From Camelus dromedarius (Eukaryota), in NCBI RefSeq assembly GCF_036321535.1, contig NC_087436.1:38008001-38072000 (forward strand): DNA of 64,000 nt. Reading direction: 5' to 3'. This document shows positions 14,851 through 29,479 of this stretch, piece after piece. The translations under genes and the position numbers were made by a program. Numbering within the stretch: the first letter of the stretch is position 1; every line of letters begins with the position of its first letter. Under the pieces are notes generated by a model. It saw only the letters and a program-made list of their open reading frames with translations. It was not told the origin of the DNA and made no database searches.

Positions 14851-17800
14851 TGGTAGCTGCACAGGAATTAAGCCATTCAGAAGGGCTCCTGATATGAAAC
14901 CCAGATTTCTCTCACCTGATTAGCATAGCAGAACTAGGCAAAAGTAATTCACTGGTCTCAGAGTTCTTATTTGCCGAACTTTAGAGTCTGTAGATAATAT
15001 GCCAAAAAAAAAAAAAAAAAAAAACCCAAAAAACTACTTTTATCAAGAAACAGTACAAATGGAAAAAAAAAACTTTGTAGCCTTTCAAAAGACTACTGTG
15101 TTATGTCTTATAAAAATGGAAAAAGTTGCTATGGCTCTTCTTCTTGGCCATCTCTCTATAATGAAGTTTATTAACATACCCCTTATGAGGCTCCTTTATT
15201 TCGTTATCCCTGTGTGTGCTTGTGGGTATCTGCGTGTGTGTGCATCTGCGTGTGTGTGTGTGTTTGTACATGCTGGTTATTGCAACTGGTTATTACCAGT
15301 TTAGCCAGAAAGAAATGAAGATTTCCAAGCTATTTCATTGCAGATAAGGATAAGAGGCAAGAGTATTCAAAGTCTCTAATAGGATAAAATCTGCTATTCT
15401 GTGAAACAGACCAAAAGTTGATCTTATTTAATAGCTCCCTATAACAGGTCAGTTTAAAATAAAGAGGTATTTAGGAACTAAAACATCTATTGAAATATTG
15501 CTTATTCCAGACAATTCTTAGGAAACATTTCCTCTCATCATACAGATATGGACATTCATGGTCTGGAATGCTTTTATAGGATCTACACAAAAATATTAAA
15601 TACACTTAAATATTTATCAAGCTGATCCTCCTGAGTTTGTGCTAGCTATCTTTAGAAATTAACAATATACAAATATACATAACTAAAACTTGAAACAGCA
15701 CAGCTCTCAGTATCTGTTGACTGACAGAGTGCCAGCACGACAGGCGTGTTACAGTATTAGTCATGATGAGCCTGGCCCTGTACCCTCTCATTCCACAGGA
15801 GTGCGCAGAACATGTTAGTACAGATAAGAGTCCTCAGAGCACTTACACTCTGTTTTGCAAAAGATATTTTCCAGAATCTTGGCAGTAGGTGATTCTGAAA
15901 CACTTCTGAATTACCCCCCATCCTGTATAATCAGGAATCCAGAATAAAAAATCCAAACAAACCTGGCAATTTAACAATCGAAACAGTGACTGAAATAATC
16001 ACTGATGCATAAGGGAATCTGAAGCAAGAAGCATTTCTTCTTTTAAGGCTGTATTTCAATTAAATACTGGAGAGCAACACACAATGAACAGCTTATTTGG
16101 GGAGAAGATGTGATAAAATGTAACAGTGTTGTCAAAACACCATAGAAGAATCCAAAAACCAGGAAAAAAAATTAAAATGAAGCCCAATTCATGAACTTTT
16201 TTATTTGGAGACCACTCAAAAGAAAGGAGCAAGGGAGGGTATAGCTCAAGTGGTAGAGCGTGTGGTTAGCGGGCACGAGGTCCTGGGTTCAACACCAGTA
16301 CCTCCTCCAAATATAAATAAATAAATAAACCTAATTCCCCCCCCCCGCCTCATAAAACAAATTAAAAAAAAAAGATGTAATTTCAAGGAAGTTATTTAGT
16401 TCTAATGGTTTACGGAGAAAGGTTATCTGATGACACAATTCTTTGAAATTAGAAAACTTGATTTAGAATTATATTTATGCTCAGTTTATTTTAAAAAGAA
16501 ACAAAGATTCATTAAAGATATTTAAACTCAGTAAAAATACTAGATTTGAGACTCTAGAGCTAACTTTAAAATATATAAATGCCCAGATTCTAATTTAGAA
16601 GGTATCTCAGTATGGCTATATGTAATGTAGCATTTGTATCTGACGTTATAGACTGTATTTCATACCAATAGATTTTGGTCTTGTTTCTCACTATGTCATT
16701 TGTTTCAACAGTATATTTTTAGAACTCAAGTGTTTTCAGTTTAACGTGACTGTGTGTTTAATATCATTTGAATACAAAGGACAGCTGTAAAATTTTGTAG
16801 TGTGTATATTTAATCACGTTCTGCTCATTCCTTCGGATGCTGCCTTCTCTGAAATGGATGCTCCATGGCCCGATTATGTGATGAATGTGAAACTTGAAAG
16901 GAAGCCAAATGCCCATTTTGTTTAATCTCAGTGGCTCACAACTGACAGGGCTGCTGAGGAAATCACCCTGGGAACCATGCTACGGCCATGTGGTGGAGTA
17001 AACTGATGAGGATGAGGCGCTGGGTCTGACCAGGCTGAAGGTCAGTAGTCAAGCAGAACTTTTCAAAATCCTGTGTAAAGACCTCTTGGGGCACCACCCT
17101 TTCTTTTCAAAGCACTGAAACCAAAACAGGTCCTTAGAAGACTGTTTGTATGCTGTCACCTTTTATCCAAAAGACCACTACTTATAAGCATCTCAGATAT
17201 ATTAGTATTTCTGTCCTGCAACTTTTGGACCACTTAGCAATAACAAAAATATGAGAATTGATTTTTTTAGGTTTGAGAAATTAAGAGCATAAATACAGTC
17301 CTAGAGGAAAAGTCTCATAGGAAAGCTGGAGAGCACGTACCCACTTTGAAGTCTTTCTCTTCTTTCCTGCTGTGAAAGGCTACGGTTCTGGTACTATCTT
17401 GGGAAAAGGCCACACTCTTTTACCTTGAAGTCAGGGCTAAGGAATTTTGAAAGGTATTCAATAATACGGGTAGGCTCAGATATGGGTTTATAATGACTCT
17501 CTTTGTATATTAAACATTCAAAATATTTGTGAAAAATCCTGATTTTCACAAATGTAATGGAAGGATGCTAAAAGTTATGGTGAATGTTTTAGGTATTACC
17601 TTTTTAAAAGTGGCATTTCATCACTTTGGTGTTGCCTCAATCCTGTGAGGTTTCCCTGATACAAAAAAAAAAAAAATTACCATCATTGTGTCTCCAAATA
17701 GTAGATTTAGAAATGATACATGATTTAACCAGCTGAGGCACTAGTAGTTTGGAACTTTCATAGGCTTAACTACCTTGGGCTCAAAACCATGTTATCATCG

Positions 17801-18300
17801 CAGGTTAATTTATTGCATAACAGAATAAAAAATTAACTCTGGAGCCTTCAGTCTGGGCCAGGTCAGAATATTCTAGATTTCCTAGACCTGTGAACTAGTA
17901 CACAACTAGTACAAAATGGTGCTGCTGATCCAGCGTTCAAGTTTATTTTCTACCTTTTATTAAAAATGTGTAGCACGGTAGTGTAAAACAGCATATACAT
18001 AAATGTTTGCTTTTGTTACAGAATAAGCTACCGACGTGCTTGATGGCATATTTAACTTCCTAATCCTGCAAACATTTAAGCAATTAGAACAAGTTCCTGT
18101 GCCACCTTGGCCTATTACATAGCAGAAGGAAACTAAGAATTTGGGTAATGTTGATAATTCAAATGCTGAAAATTGAGAAGGGACGTGAGATCACTGAAAC
18201 TTGATCATCTAGACTAATGTAAAGGAGCTTATATAAAATATCACTGTTTTTGACAAGGAGCACTGTACACTTACCAGGAATAAATTACATTTAGAGAGCA
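14851..18300 (+). other. PRDM5: PRDM5 3'UTR (3' end uncertain)
   Basis: Follows the stop codon; candidate AATAAA at 15458, ~15943, ~16316-16329 (SINE tail), ~17824 and 18279. The site used cannot be determined from sequence. Confidence 0.45.
16233..16373 (+). mobile_element. tRNA-Ala-derived SINE (vic-1 type), in probable PRDM5 3'UTR
   Basis: gggagggtatagctcaagtggtagagcg...gaggtcctgggttcaa...gtacctcc head, (taaa)n-cctaatt-C-run-A tail; no clear TSD. Confidence 0.9.
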
Positions 18301-20879
18301 CACACATGCACAAAATCCATATGCCTCTGCAAAATAGTATAAAAATGAAAAGAACGCCAGCTCATAGTGGACACCTTATTTTAAAATTTTGTCTTCTTGG
18401 GGAACATCAAATAATTCTCTTTTATTGAAAGTTAATTTTGTCTGATATCTTTTACATCTTGTCTGACTGGCATACCTTTCTTCCCCTCATTCTTCTACTG
18501 AAGACTTTTCTGTGAGTATATGTAAATTTATATGTAAATTTTAGATGTGTTTCTAATAAACGACCTATGGTAAGAGTTCACATTTTTCTTATCCTGTCTG
18601 ACAATGCTGTGTGCTTTTCCGTCTGTGATGCTGGATTTGTCCTGCCTTTCCCAGTCTCAGGCAGCCTTCATATGGCGGCTTACTGGGCTTTTATCAGAGT
18701 CTGAGGGAAAAATTTGCTCTTTGCACCTAGCATGTGAAATTCATCATCACCAATGTGTAAATCTGGTAAAAGCCTGACGTTGTAGACATAATCCAAGACC
18801 CTCCTTTGTATGGTTCTTGCTGATCCAAGGTAGCTGCTGATAATGCAACTGGAAACAAAAGGGATTCCTTAAAAAGTATTCCAGGGGCTTCAATACCATG
18901 CACACAGGTATGACTGCTGAAATCTGAATGAGTGCACCACCATTATTGGGATTTAACTGTTGAAACAATCCCTCCTTTGTTCATTCTTTAATATTTGATA
19001 AAGCAACCTGTAAAAAGGGAAGTGCATTGGCCTCCGACTCTTATTTTTTCCCTTTCTAAAGTATTAGCATCTGGAGAGCTGAAATTGCCTTTGATGAACA
19101 AAAGAAGGTCTGAAATTAGCTTTTATGAAATCAAAGCAAACTGTATAGTTCCTATGCTAAGCAGGAGTATAAAATATGGAGATGAGGAGCAGTACCACGT
19201 TTAATTGATTCTACAACTTTTATTTAAGTTGGCAGACTGATGCGTCTTGTATGCAATATTACATAGAGTAATAGAAATTCCAAAAAATTAAGTTTTGTGG
19301 AAATTAACCAACCACTACTTTTGACTCTCATAAGTCGAGTTTTACTACAGAAATGTAGGAAATCTTCTCCCAACCTTACTTTTGGTAATCAGGTTTACCA
19401 CATAAGTAAAATAACTGTTCGTAGCTTGCCTTTGAACTGGCAAATGCACTGCTTTCTCCAGAACACAACATAGAAACAGCAGTGTCGAGGACAACACTCC
19501 TAAGCGTCACTTCCAGCCTCCCTGCTCCTCCCCCGTGGAGTCCATTTCTCGTGCTATTTCAGCTGCTGCACTGCTTTGTGTAGTCTCCCGTTTCCCGCTC
19601 AGCTGGGTTTTGAGAGTGACAAGTTGGTATTGTTCCCAGACCCAAATTATGATATTTAGGATATTATGTTGTATCCTTTCTGTTCTCACTGTAAAATATG
19701 AAATTGGGGCAGATGAATTTAGTTGATTGGGGTGTTATTAGACTAAGTATGTGAGCCGAGCCAGTTGGCTTCATACTGAGAGGAACTATTCCATAGTCTT
19801 CCGAGTTACAGAGCTCACCCCTGATGGTGCTGACTCTGTGAAGGGAGTGTGACTTACTGCGTACTACAGGTCCTGAGAGAGCGATTAAGAGAGGAATTCC
19901 AAATGGATGCCCTACAGGCAGGAGTACAACGATGCCCTTCTGAAAATGGATAGGTTGGAGTTAAAATTTCAGATGAGACTATTGCAATTTAAGATCTCAA
20001 ATGTCTTTCCTAAGGCTTTTATATTACAGACGGACTTGAGATTAAGCCCCCATCTCCTGACTTCTTCTCCTCTTACTGGAAATCAGTCAGTCACATTACA
20101 CTTATACAACACCAATTCTGAGTCTGAATTTTATCCATACCTGGAAAAGGATAGGACCTTCTAAATGTTTCACGCATTCAGTACTCCTTTAAAGGAGTGA
20201 TTTATAACTCATGTAACATACATATGATGGTGCATATTCATATTAATATTCAATGAGTACATTAAAACTAGTGTTCAGTTAGAGCAAAATTTACAGAGTC
20301 AGAGAAGTAAGTAAAACATATTTTGGGGAGGGGACCAAGTCACTGAATTTGAGATGAGTGTTACAGAAAGTTAATGATCAGAGACATACTAATAGCTTAT
20401 TTCCACATTCCTTGTCTATTTCACCTTTTATAAATAACGTTTTTAGCTTGTTTCCTAGATGGTCTGTTGCAAATGCACACACATATCATATGGGAATTTA
20501 AAATATACATACAAAATTGAAACGAACAGTACATAACCAAATTTCATGTTTTAATCAGACATAAGACAATCAGTTAGAACCACAAAATATCCTATACTTT
20601 TGAGTGAGGAAACATTTTAACAAAGGTATACTATAACAAATCTGTGAGAATTTTGTTACAAAATATATTTTACCTGAAATCAAAGTTAAATAAGTCTACA
20701 TTTCTCTCATACTTGGAAGGAAGGAAAGAGGAAAGAAGAAGGGGAGAGAGAAAGGGTAGAAAGAAAGGAATTATATTTTAGACATGGAACAAATCCAGAG
20801 ATGAAAACAATTGTTTTCCCATTTGTTGAAAGGGAAGAATGGGCATAATTTTCTCTGGAGAACCCCAATTAATACAATA

Positions 20880-21850
20880 TTCTGTTTCTTTGCTGCGAAC
20901 TTGTTTTTCAGTTGGCTCCAGGAGCGCTCTCGATTGCTTGATGTAAGATGATTTCAGCATCTGTGTCATGTTGGCGCTGGTATGTGTTCGTCATCAGTTC
21001 ATTTTCTTTTCCCATGTGACTTGAGATTTTCCTGGTTCTTTGTTTTGTGATTTTGGACTGTACCCTGGACGTTTCAAATATTACGAGACTTTGGGTCTCG
21101 TTTAAATCCTTTGGAGGATGTTGATATTTCTGTTTTAGCAGGGAGGCACGTTGGTTGGGGTTAGCTCACAAGTTCCAGTCTTCCTTCTGTAGTCTACAGT
21201 TCCAATGCCAGTTCCCACTCAGTTTTCAAATCCTTGGCAGTGTGTTTTGCAGTGCTATTCGGGTCTATCCACACATGTACCACGCAGTGGTCAGACTTGG
21301 ACCTGGATAGCAGCATATCCTCATTTCAGTTCTTAGAATCTTTGGCATGCTAAGGAGGATCAGATCTACACACGCAGTTTAGAGATGGGCCCACGGGTTC
21401 ATAAACAATGTTATGAGGTTGCTTTTCTGATCCCTCCCTCTCTATAATCCTTCTGGTTCTTTCCAGTTCCCTAGAGCGCCTCATTTTGGTCCTCCAGCTC
21501 AATATTACCCTGCTCTGCTGTGTACTTCTGCAGTTTCATCAACATCCCCAGTCAGTGAGCAGGACATGCGGAGAAAGCAGTTGGGCTTGGACCGCCCTCT
21601 TGTTATGGCAGCACCACTGGGCAGGGGGCACATTTCTACTCTCTCAGGGTTTCGGTTCCTGCAGCCTCGTGTTTCTGGCTGTGTCCCATCACCATGGGAT
21701 AACTTAGAGGTTGGAGTGTGAGAGAACAAGATGAAGGAAAGGGAAAGAGGGGCATTTCCATACTCTCTCTGAGTCTAATGTGTTTCTTTTCCTGCTTTTT
21801 TGGCACCAAGCCCACAGGAGTCCCTCTATTTGCCCTCTCATGCCCACTTT
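20880..21850 (-). mobile_element. Old L1 5'-region fragment (L1M-type)
   Basis: T-rich decayed sequence with motifs such as ttgagattttcctggttctt and tttggactgtaccctggac; recognised by eye only. Confidence 0.45.
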
Positions 21851-22319
21851 TAGTTAGCTGGGGGATACCAGGAGGGGAGACATGGCATACTCCCCATGGA
21901 GTGGTTTGGACTTGAATTCTGACCTTCCCCAAGCTACTTGCTGGTATTTACTTTTCAGATTTCTTGAGCTCCATGCATTCTCTTCAGGTTTGATAGCTGT
22001 ATTTCCTGGAGAGACACTCCCATTCCATTTTTCCCAGAAACGGAACCCCATTCATCTTTTTGAAGGGGTGCATCTATCGCAGTTATCCATCCCCATCTCA
22101 CTGCTCTGTATTAAGTGACTGGGAACAGATAATTCGACCTTCTGCTCCGATCTCTGGATAAAGAAGAGCTGCATCTGGGGATCCTCAGCTGTGCCTGGAC
22201 CTGATGCAGATCATGAAGTGGTGGACCGTAAGCCTGATGCCATGACTGAATGGGACTTTGGAGTCTTGAAGAGAGTTAAGTGTATTTTGACTGTGGAAGG
22301 ACCATGAATCACGGGGGGC

Positions 22320-22723
22320 TGTGGCAGCCATGAAAAAGCACTACTCAGAGCTTCTGCTGTGGGGAGAGCTACCACCCCTTTGGGTCCCCACCTGCTTTCA
22401 CGGTGGGGCGGTGCTTCTCACGCAAACTGCATGAGTGCTAATGGAGGCCCATTCCCTGAGCCCCAGGACACCCCTGATGGGCAACTTCGGCCCCATGAGC
22501 CCAGACGAAGCCTTCTTAGAACCACCTTGCAGTCCGAGACACCTCCTGCTCAGCCCTCTTTCTTCCTCATTCACAGGTGTCAGATCCAGATCACAGCCTT
22601 AAGGTGCTTCTTTCCTTCTCTGGCTACCCCCACCTCTATCTTTCGCAGATCCTTCCTCTAAAAAATCTAACACCTTTCTAATTCCATCTTGTAAACTGCT
22701 TATTGGAGGACACAAAATAACAC
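22320..22723 (+). mobile_element. ERVL solo LTR (LTR16-like)
   Basis: Starts tgtggcagccatg, ends ttccatcttg...tgcttattggaggacacaaaataacac. Confidence 0.6.
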
Positions 22724-22813
22724 CAGAGCCAAGGACAAACTGCAGTAGATTGTGACAGTAATGACCCAGCTGTATCAGGCTTCTCAGCATCTGCTCCTGT
22801 GTGTAGTCCCTAC

Positions 22814-23176
22814 TGGATCAGTCAGCGCTCTTCAGAGAAACAGATCACAAGGATACAAATTAAGGGATTTATTTTAAGGAATTGGGTCTGAAGGTATGGG
22901 GACTGGCAAGGCCGGAAACTTAGGCAGGGGCTGATGCTGCAATCTTGAGGCAGAATTTCTTATTCTCTGGGAAATCTCAGTTTTTGCTCTTCAGGCCTCC
23001 AAATGGCCGGTAAGAGCCACGCACAGTATTAAGGGTAACTTCCTCTACTTAAAGTCAGTTGATTATAGACATTAATCACATCTATCAAATACCTTCACAG
23101 CAACACCTGGGTTAGCGTTTGGTTAAATCACTGAGTATGACAGCCCAACCAGGCTGACAGATGAAACCCCGTCACA
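22814..23176 (-). mobile_element. MLT2-type ERVL LTR nested in an MLT1-like LTR (~22740-23520)
   Basis: tcagtcagcgctcttcagagaaacaga...gggatttattttaaggaattgg...aataccttcacagcaacacct...gtcaca. Confidence 0.7.
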
Positions 23177-23685
23177 CAAACACTGCCCGGGCTTGGCTGT
23201 GAGGCTTGCTTTGGCCACGGGTCAGCGACAGACATGTGGGAATTGCCTACACGTGAGAGTTTGCCCTCTCAGATGCAGCACAACCACCATCATTAAAGCA
23301 GTCTAGGCTTCTTGAAGGTTGAAGATAACATACTGAGAGACTCAACTGTCCCAGCTGAATCCAACCCCCAGCCAGCCCATCAGCGAACCGCGGTCACATG
23401 GTTGAGCCCACACAAGCCCTGCAGCAGAAACCATCTCAGACTAACCACAAAATTGTGAGAAATATAAACAGTTGGTACTATTTTAAGATATTAAGTTATC
23501 CAGCCGTAGATAACCAATACTGTCCCCTTGACAATGCTGAGAAGAACCACAAAAATAAAATAAGAACCAATATATTCTGCGTCTTCCAAAATTTGTATCC
23601 TCAGGTGAATGTTTAAGACTTTCATTTTATTTAAAATTTACGAAGGTGACTCCACAGCTAGACTACACTCTGGAGGTGTATCCTC

Positions 23686-23719
<34 letters not shown>

Positions 23720-23726
23720 CGTGTGC
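23686..23726. repeat. (TG)n(CG)n microsatellite
   Basis: About 40 bp of alternating purine-pyrimidine sequence. Confidence 0.9.
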
Positions 23727-25699
23727 CTGCACTTGGAAAGCTTTATACAGAAATGTCCTAAGAGAGTTTTAAGTAACTAACTATTTTCTTAGGTTCTCAA
23801 ACCTGGAAAAATTACAATAGTCTCAAAATGAATTTCACTTTCTGTATTTCAGAGAACCAAAGGATTTAAAGGTTATCTTTTAAAACAACTCATGAGACCC
23901 AGCCTAAGGAGGTTGGCTCAAGTTGTTTTTAATGTCCTTTCCATGTGCTATGTGACAGTAGATTTTACAGCTTGTGAGAATTTGGGTATGGGGAATTTAC
24001 CTTGCAAGGTTTAAAAGGGGAAGCCCTTAATTATTTCTCACTCAGAAAACTCCAATTTCTAAAGTCAAATTTTTTTTTTACTTAATTTAGCATTTAATTA
24101 GTAAAGAGAAAGAGCTGCTCAAGGAGTCACTGGCTTCTAACACTGAGATTCCACAGAGAACAGAACGTACTGTGTTCCACAGCAACTCGCACGATGGACC
24201 GCATCTTGCCTGGGAGTGGAGCCATTACAGGCATCTGTAGTCCCACGTCCAAGGACAGCTTTCAGCAGACTCATCCACGACTTTTTAAAATATGTTTGCA
24301 GATGTGATTGGTAGTTTGGGGGATAACCTGCACTTTGAAGAAGTCAAGAAATCCAGAATGGTCTGTCAGCCCTGGAGGTTTGCCTATTACAGGGCTATGG
24401 CAGGTAGCGACCAATTGTGTCCCACCTGGACAGGACATTTAATTGTGAAATGGATCATACTCATGAGTGCTTATCATACTTCTGTTTCTCTGCTTACCTT
24501 TATGTACCAAAGACCAGGCAGTGACCAAAATGGAAGTTAAACTCGATCCATTTTACTCTGGTCTAGCATAGTAACCCTTCAAGTGTGACTTAAATACATC
24601 TATTCAGAGATAACAATGAGTAAGTGTGAGTATAATACTATTATTGATCAGAGAACTATGCAGTGTTAACTCAGCAATGGAAGAGAGCAGTGGCAGACAT
24701 TTCCAAAATACAATCATTCAAAAGACCTTTATGCTTTGCAATGTTATTTCTATCTTGGGATGCAATTGGATATAGAAAATTAACTTCAGTGGTAACGGAA
24801 GGGGCTAGAACAACCCACTGTAATAGGGGAGGTGGACAGAGGTATGATACAAAGAAGATTCCCGTAGGCATAACATACCAGTTGAAGTGTCTAGAAATAG
24901 ATGCTTAGTCTGCTCGTGTCGTGCAAGTTGGAAGCCTAAGTGGCACCAATATTATTGCAGATAGGTAGTGCCCAGTGACAGAAGTCCAGGAACTGACTGC
25001 AAGACACTTGGCTTCATGGAATTGTGCTGGCAAGGAGCGGATGCCCAGATGCTGAGTGAGTTTCAAGGATGGAATATCAGCAGCGAAGCTAGCAACGACT
25101 GGTGGGAGGTTATGTAGACAATGTCCTGCTAAAACGAGACAGGAACAGGAGTTCTGTACTTCAGATTCTACACATATATCAGGCTTGAGTCTCTGTGGTC
25201 CTCTCCAGCCTAGGCAGTGCCAGATATCACAGTCCCTGGGACCTGCTTCACCCCAAGAACCTACACACACACAGACCATGGTATCAATGGTTGTGTAGAA
25301 TGTGCAGCAGTCAAGTGTTGCAGAGAATGCAGTTGCTACAACTGACACCTTCCAAAGGATGATTCTCTGGGCTCCTGGACTCTCAGAGCATCCAAGTCAT
25401 GCATTTTCAGTCAATTTCCATGATGTAAGCTTTCCAAACAACTAAATACTCTACCATACTTTCATCCTTATAATGCTCTGAACATTCTTGTTCCTAATAC
25501 AGACTACATCACTCACCCTTGGCCAACCCCAGGGCCCTCCCATCTACTGCCCTAACCCTTCTCCTATGTCTGCTGAAACTGCATCTCTGTTTCCTATAGC
25601 TTCTACTTTTTTTCTGAATGTTTGCTTCACCTTCCAACTTGGCTGACACACCTCAAATGGTGGATGCTTCTTCTCTCAAGTTGCATCAACCTGAGTCAG

Positions 25700-26720
25700 T
25701 AGGTGGGACTGGTGCCAAGGGATGCAAGGTTGGCTTAACATTTGAAAATCAAGGTAATTCACGACGTTAACAAAGTAAAAAAGAAAAATGATCGTTTCAG
25801 TAGACACAGAAAAAGCATTTGACAAAATTCAATATCAACAACTGATAAAAATTCTTGGCAAACTAAGAATAGAAGGGGACTTTCCTCAACCAAATATAGC
25901 TCATAAGCAAAGATCAATAGCTAGCATCATACTTCATGGTGAAAGACAGATGCTTTCCCCTGAGGTTAGCAATAAGACTGATGTCTCCTCTTATCACTTC
26001 TACTGGACATTGTACTGGAGGTTCTGGTCAGCGTTGTTCACAGATAGCATGGTTATCTATGTCGAAAACCTGACAGAACCTACAAAAAGCAACTCACTAA
26101 CAAGTGTGATTAGCGAGGTTGTGATCATTATACAAAGACCAATTCTATTTCCATACACTAGGAATGAACAACAAGAAATTAAAATAAAACAAATGCATTT
26201 AAAACAGGATCAAAAATACAAAATACTTTGAGATAAACCAAATAAAAATTGGCAAGATATGTAAACTACAAAACATTGCTGTGAAAAAGCTTAAATACCT
26301 GAATAAACGAAGAAATATGCTTTGCTCATGGGTCATAAGACTAAATATTGTCAAAATGTTACTTTTTCCTAAATTGATCTACAGATTCAACACGATCCAG
26401 ACAAAAAAATTTTTTTTGAGAAACCAATTAGGTGATTCTAAAAGTCATATAGAAATGCAAATGATCAAGAATAGCTGAGACAATCTTGAAAAAGAATTAA
26501 AAATTGGTAGACTTCCACTATCTAATTTCAAGCTATAATAGTTAAAATAGACAGTATTGACAGAAGTATTAGATAAATAGATCAACAGAAAAAAAATAGA
26601 AAGCCCAGAAATAGTCCCACAAATACAGGGACAACTGCTTTCCCATAAAGGTGCAAAGGAAATTCAGTGGAGAGAGGGCTGTCTTTTCACCAAATGCTGC
26701 TGGAATAATTGGATATCCAG
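25700..26720 (+). mobile_element. Old L1 ORF2 (RT region) relic with internal deletions
   Basis: ORF track gives [20 protein letters not shown] and [23 protein letters not shown], all L1 ORF2 motifs. Confidence 0.9.
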
Positions 26721-26936
26721 GCGGAATCAGGTGAGTAGGTGCACAGATGCAGACTGAGCCAGGGGTGCTGTGCGGGTGAGTGAAAGGCCGTGAGCAGCAC
26801 TGCCATCTTCAATCTGATTTTTAGAAATGGTGAGCAGCTTTTGGAAAACTTCAGGACAAAGAACAAAACATGCAATCATATTTCAAATGGTAGCTGTGTT
26901 CCAGGAAAATTCAGTATATATTAAAACTATGCTAAA

Positions 26937-27152
26937 GTTAGGAGTCCAAGATTTGCAAATATTAACTACTATACATAAAAATAGATAAACAAATTTCTGT
27001 ATAGCACAGGGAACTGTACTCAGCATCTTGTAATAACCTTTAAAGAAAAAGAATATGAAAACAAATATATGTATGTATATGCACGACTGGGACATTGTGC
27101 TGTACACACCAGAAATGGACACACGGGAACTGACTATGCTTCAATTTAAAAA
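26937..27152 (+). mobile_element. Short L1 3' end
   Basis: ttaggagtccaagatttgc...ctgtatagcacagggaac...gactatgcttcaatttaaaaaaa. Confidence 0.85.
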
Positions 27153-29355
27153 AATGATGCAAAATGATTTATATTTGTATATAAGATAAAATTAGGCTCA
27201 GACAATTAGAATAATAACTGGTCCATAATGTATATTCGATAAAGAAATATTGAATGGACTGAATAAGAGCTGCTTTCTGACTCAACCTCTTGGCACACTC
27301 CTTCCAGTTTTAATTTTAAACTTTCTCAAAGGCTGTAAAAAGAGAGAGTGAGATGCTTCAAATCTCACTCATTTATCAGGGGTTTATTTTGGGAAATTCA
27401 ACTAAATATCCACGACTTTCCAGATTTATTTTTCCTATAAAATATATGCTGTAGGAGAAATTACTGCTGGTCCTGAGCAGTAGCTCTGGTTAATCTCCCT
27501 GCAGGAAAACTCTGCAGGGAGACAGTATTTCTCTCTTCCACTTAAGACAGTGCATTTCGAAATAACGGGAAACCTTCTGAAGAGTAAGATGGAAAGCCTT
27601 ATTCAATTTGATTTATTGGTTTTTTCATTGTAATTAACCTACTTACATGTTTGTCCCGAGTCTTCCTGCTACAAGCCCGTGGTCAGTTGCAATCTGTCCA
27701 GCTGCCTGCTGCAGAAAGTCTGAATCATTAACACACCTCAGTGGTTCCAGATAAAATTTCCCCTAGAATAGCAACTATTATCAACTTGCACATTAACTAT
27801 AATTATTTTGATTATCTTATTTCCCATACTGAAAAGTCTTTGAGAACTATTTTCACTATTTCTTTGCCAGTTCAGTACAACTAGCAGATTCAAACAAAAC
27901 CCACAGAACTCCTGAGAAATAAGTTTTATTGTTGAGCAGTACATTTGCTGCATCTTAAGGGGGCAGCACCAATTCTGAAAATACCACAAACACCTAGCAA
28001 AATGCAAAGGTTCCCTATAGCATGAAGTCATCCACACCCGGGACGTGGGGATGGCCGGGGGGCTGTGGATATACACGTTGGCAGCATTGATATAGGGCTG
28101 CAAAGTATAACATCTTCATTTTTTATAAATCTTCCATATATTCCAACAAGGATTTAGGTGGCTTAGAAAGGATTTTATCTGTGGAAATGTTTGATGGAAG
28201 TTAGTTAAGAGTATTAAGTGACTGAAAACCTCAAAAAGCCTGAGATGGACAATAATTCTCTATGCATCATCTGCTGGATAATGTGGGATTTTCTTTTTTA
28301 AAAAGATGAAAATAAGAAGTTTCATTCTAAGAGGCTCCACATCAGTGAATAAATTCCCATCATTCTCCTCCATACATCCATTTTTAATTTCCCCTAATGT
28401 TTTTAAATCTTATTTGGTTGATCAGTTGTCAGTTTCTTTTAAAGGTAAAGCAGTCTACCTGCTTCGGATTCTGGTGGGTATAAGATTCAACATTTACATG
28501 TAAATTGGTTCGAGCTAGTAGATCTTTGCATTTCACACACTACTGAAGAGAATGGAACTTAATTAGGTCTCCCTTTTGTCTGCTCCACAGCTTGTCTCTT
28601 TACTAAATCACTGTGTTTGCCACTGGCTTATGTGTCATTATTTCTGACGTCTTCAGTGTTTCTTTCCAACCCATAGTGAGACATTTACTCTAACTCTGAT
28701 GAGCTACAGCAAGTGGGGCTTGTTGGTCAACACTTTGGACAAAACAGACGGGGAAGCAAAGAAGTGTGTGACACAAGGCTTGCAGGAATTTGGATCACTC
28801 CAATTAATCATGGGTCACAGCTGACCAAAAAGATGACTTTAATTGAAGCAACCCTTTGAGAAACAATCTGGAACCTTAATTCCCCTGGGAAATCTTGATT
28901 ACTTTTGCTCAGCTACTACTGAATTAATGTATGTTCTAAATTGCTACTCAGGGGCCACTTCAGAAAGTGAGTTTCTGGGACAAATCCCACACCACGAGAC
29001 ATCCCCCAAATCATCCATTTTTCTGGTTTCTCATCATGCAGTGTTGTGTCACCTCCTGTAACCAGTACGGTCCCCAGATAAAAGGTGAGCATGACAATTT
29101 ATCTGCAGTGCATTTTGCCAGTGTAGGTGGACTTCATAAGTCAACCAGATCGCTAGGAGGTCTGTTTGTTAGCTTGAAACGCCTAAGCGAGTTGCCTGTG
29201 TCAGTCGGATTCCATGCTGTACACATTCCTCTCACTGGCTCGGCAGCTGTAGGTCTTGCAGCTCCCAGTCTAAGCTGTAGCCTCAGGGTGACCAGCCTCC
29301 TCCCAAACGATGATGTAACTATTGCTCAGGCATGTTCTTTCTATAGAAGGTGGGC

Positions 29356-29479
29356 GCGTCAGTGGTAGTGTGTGCCTAGCATGCATGAAGCCCTGGGTTC
29401 AATCCCCAGTGCCTCCATTAAAAACAAACAAACGAGCAAATAAATAAACCTAATTACTCCTCCTCCAAAAACAAACAAA
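29356..29479 (+). mobile_element. vic-1-type SINE, 5'-truncated
   Basis: tcagtggtag...gcatgcatgaagccctgggttcaatccccagtgcctcca plus tail; aaggtggg on both sides. Confidence 0.85.

Noticed and set aside
24905..25348. 147-aa minus-strand ORF
   Set aside because: No recognisable domain or splice context; compatible with chance.
26937..27152. Possible A-to-G editing in this L1 tail too
   Set aside because: Differences from the paralogues are of mixed types with no directional cluster.
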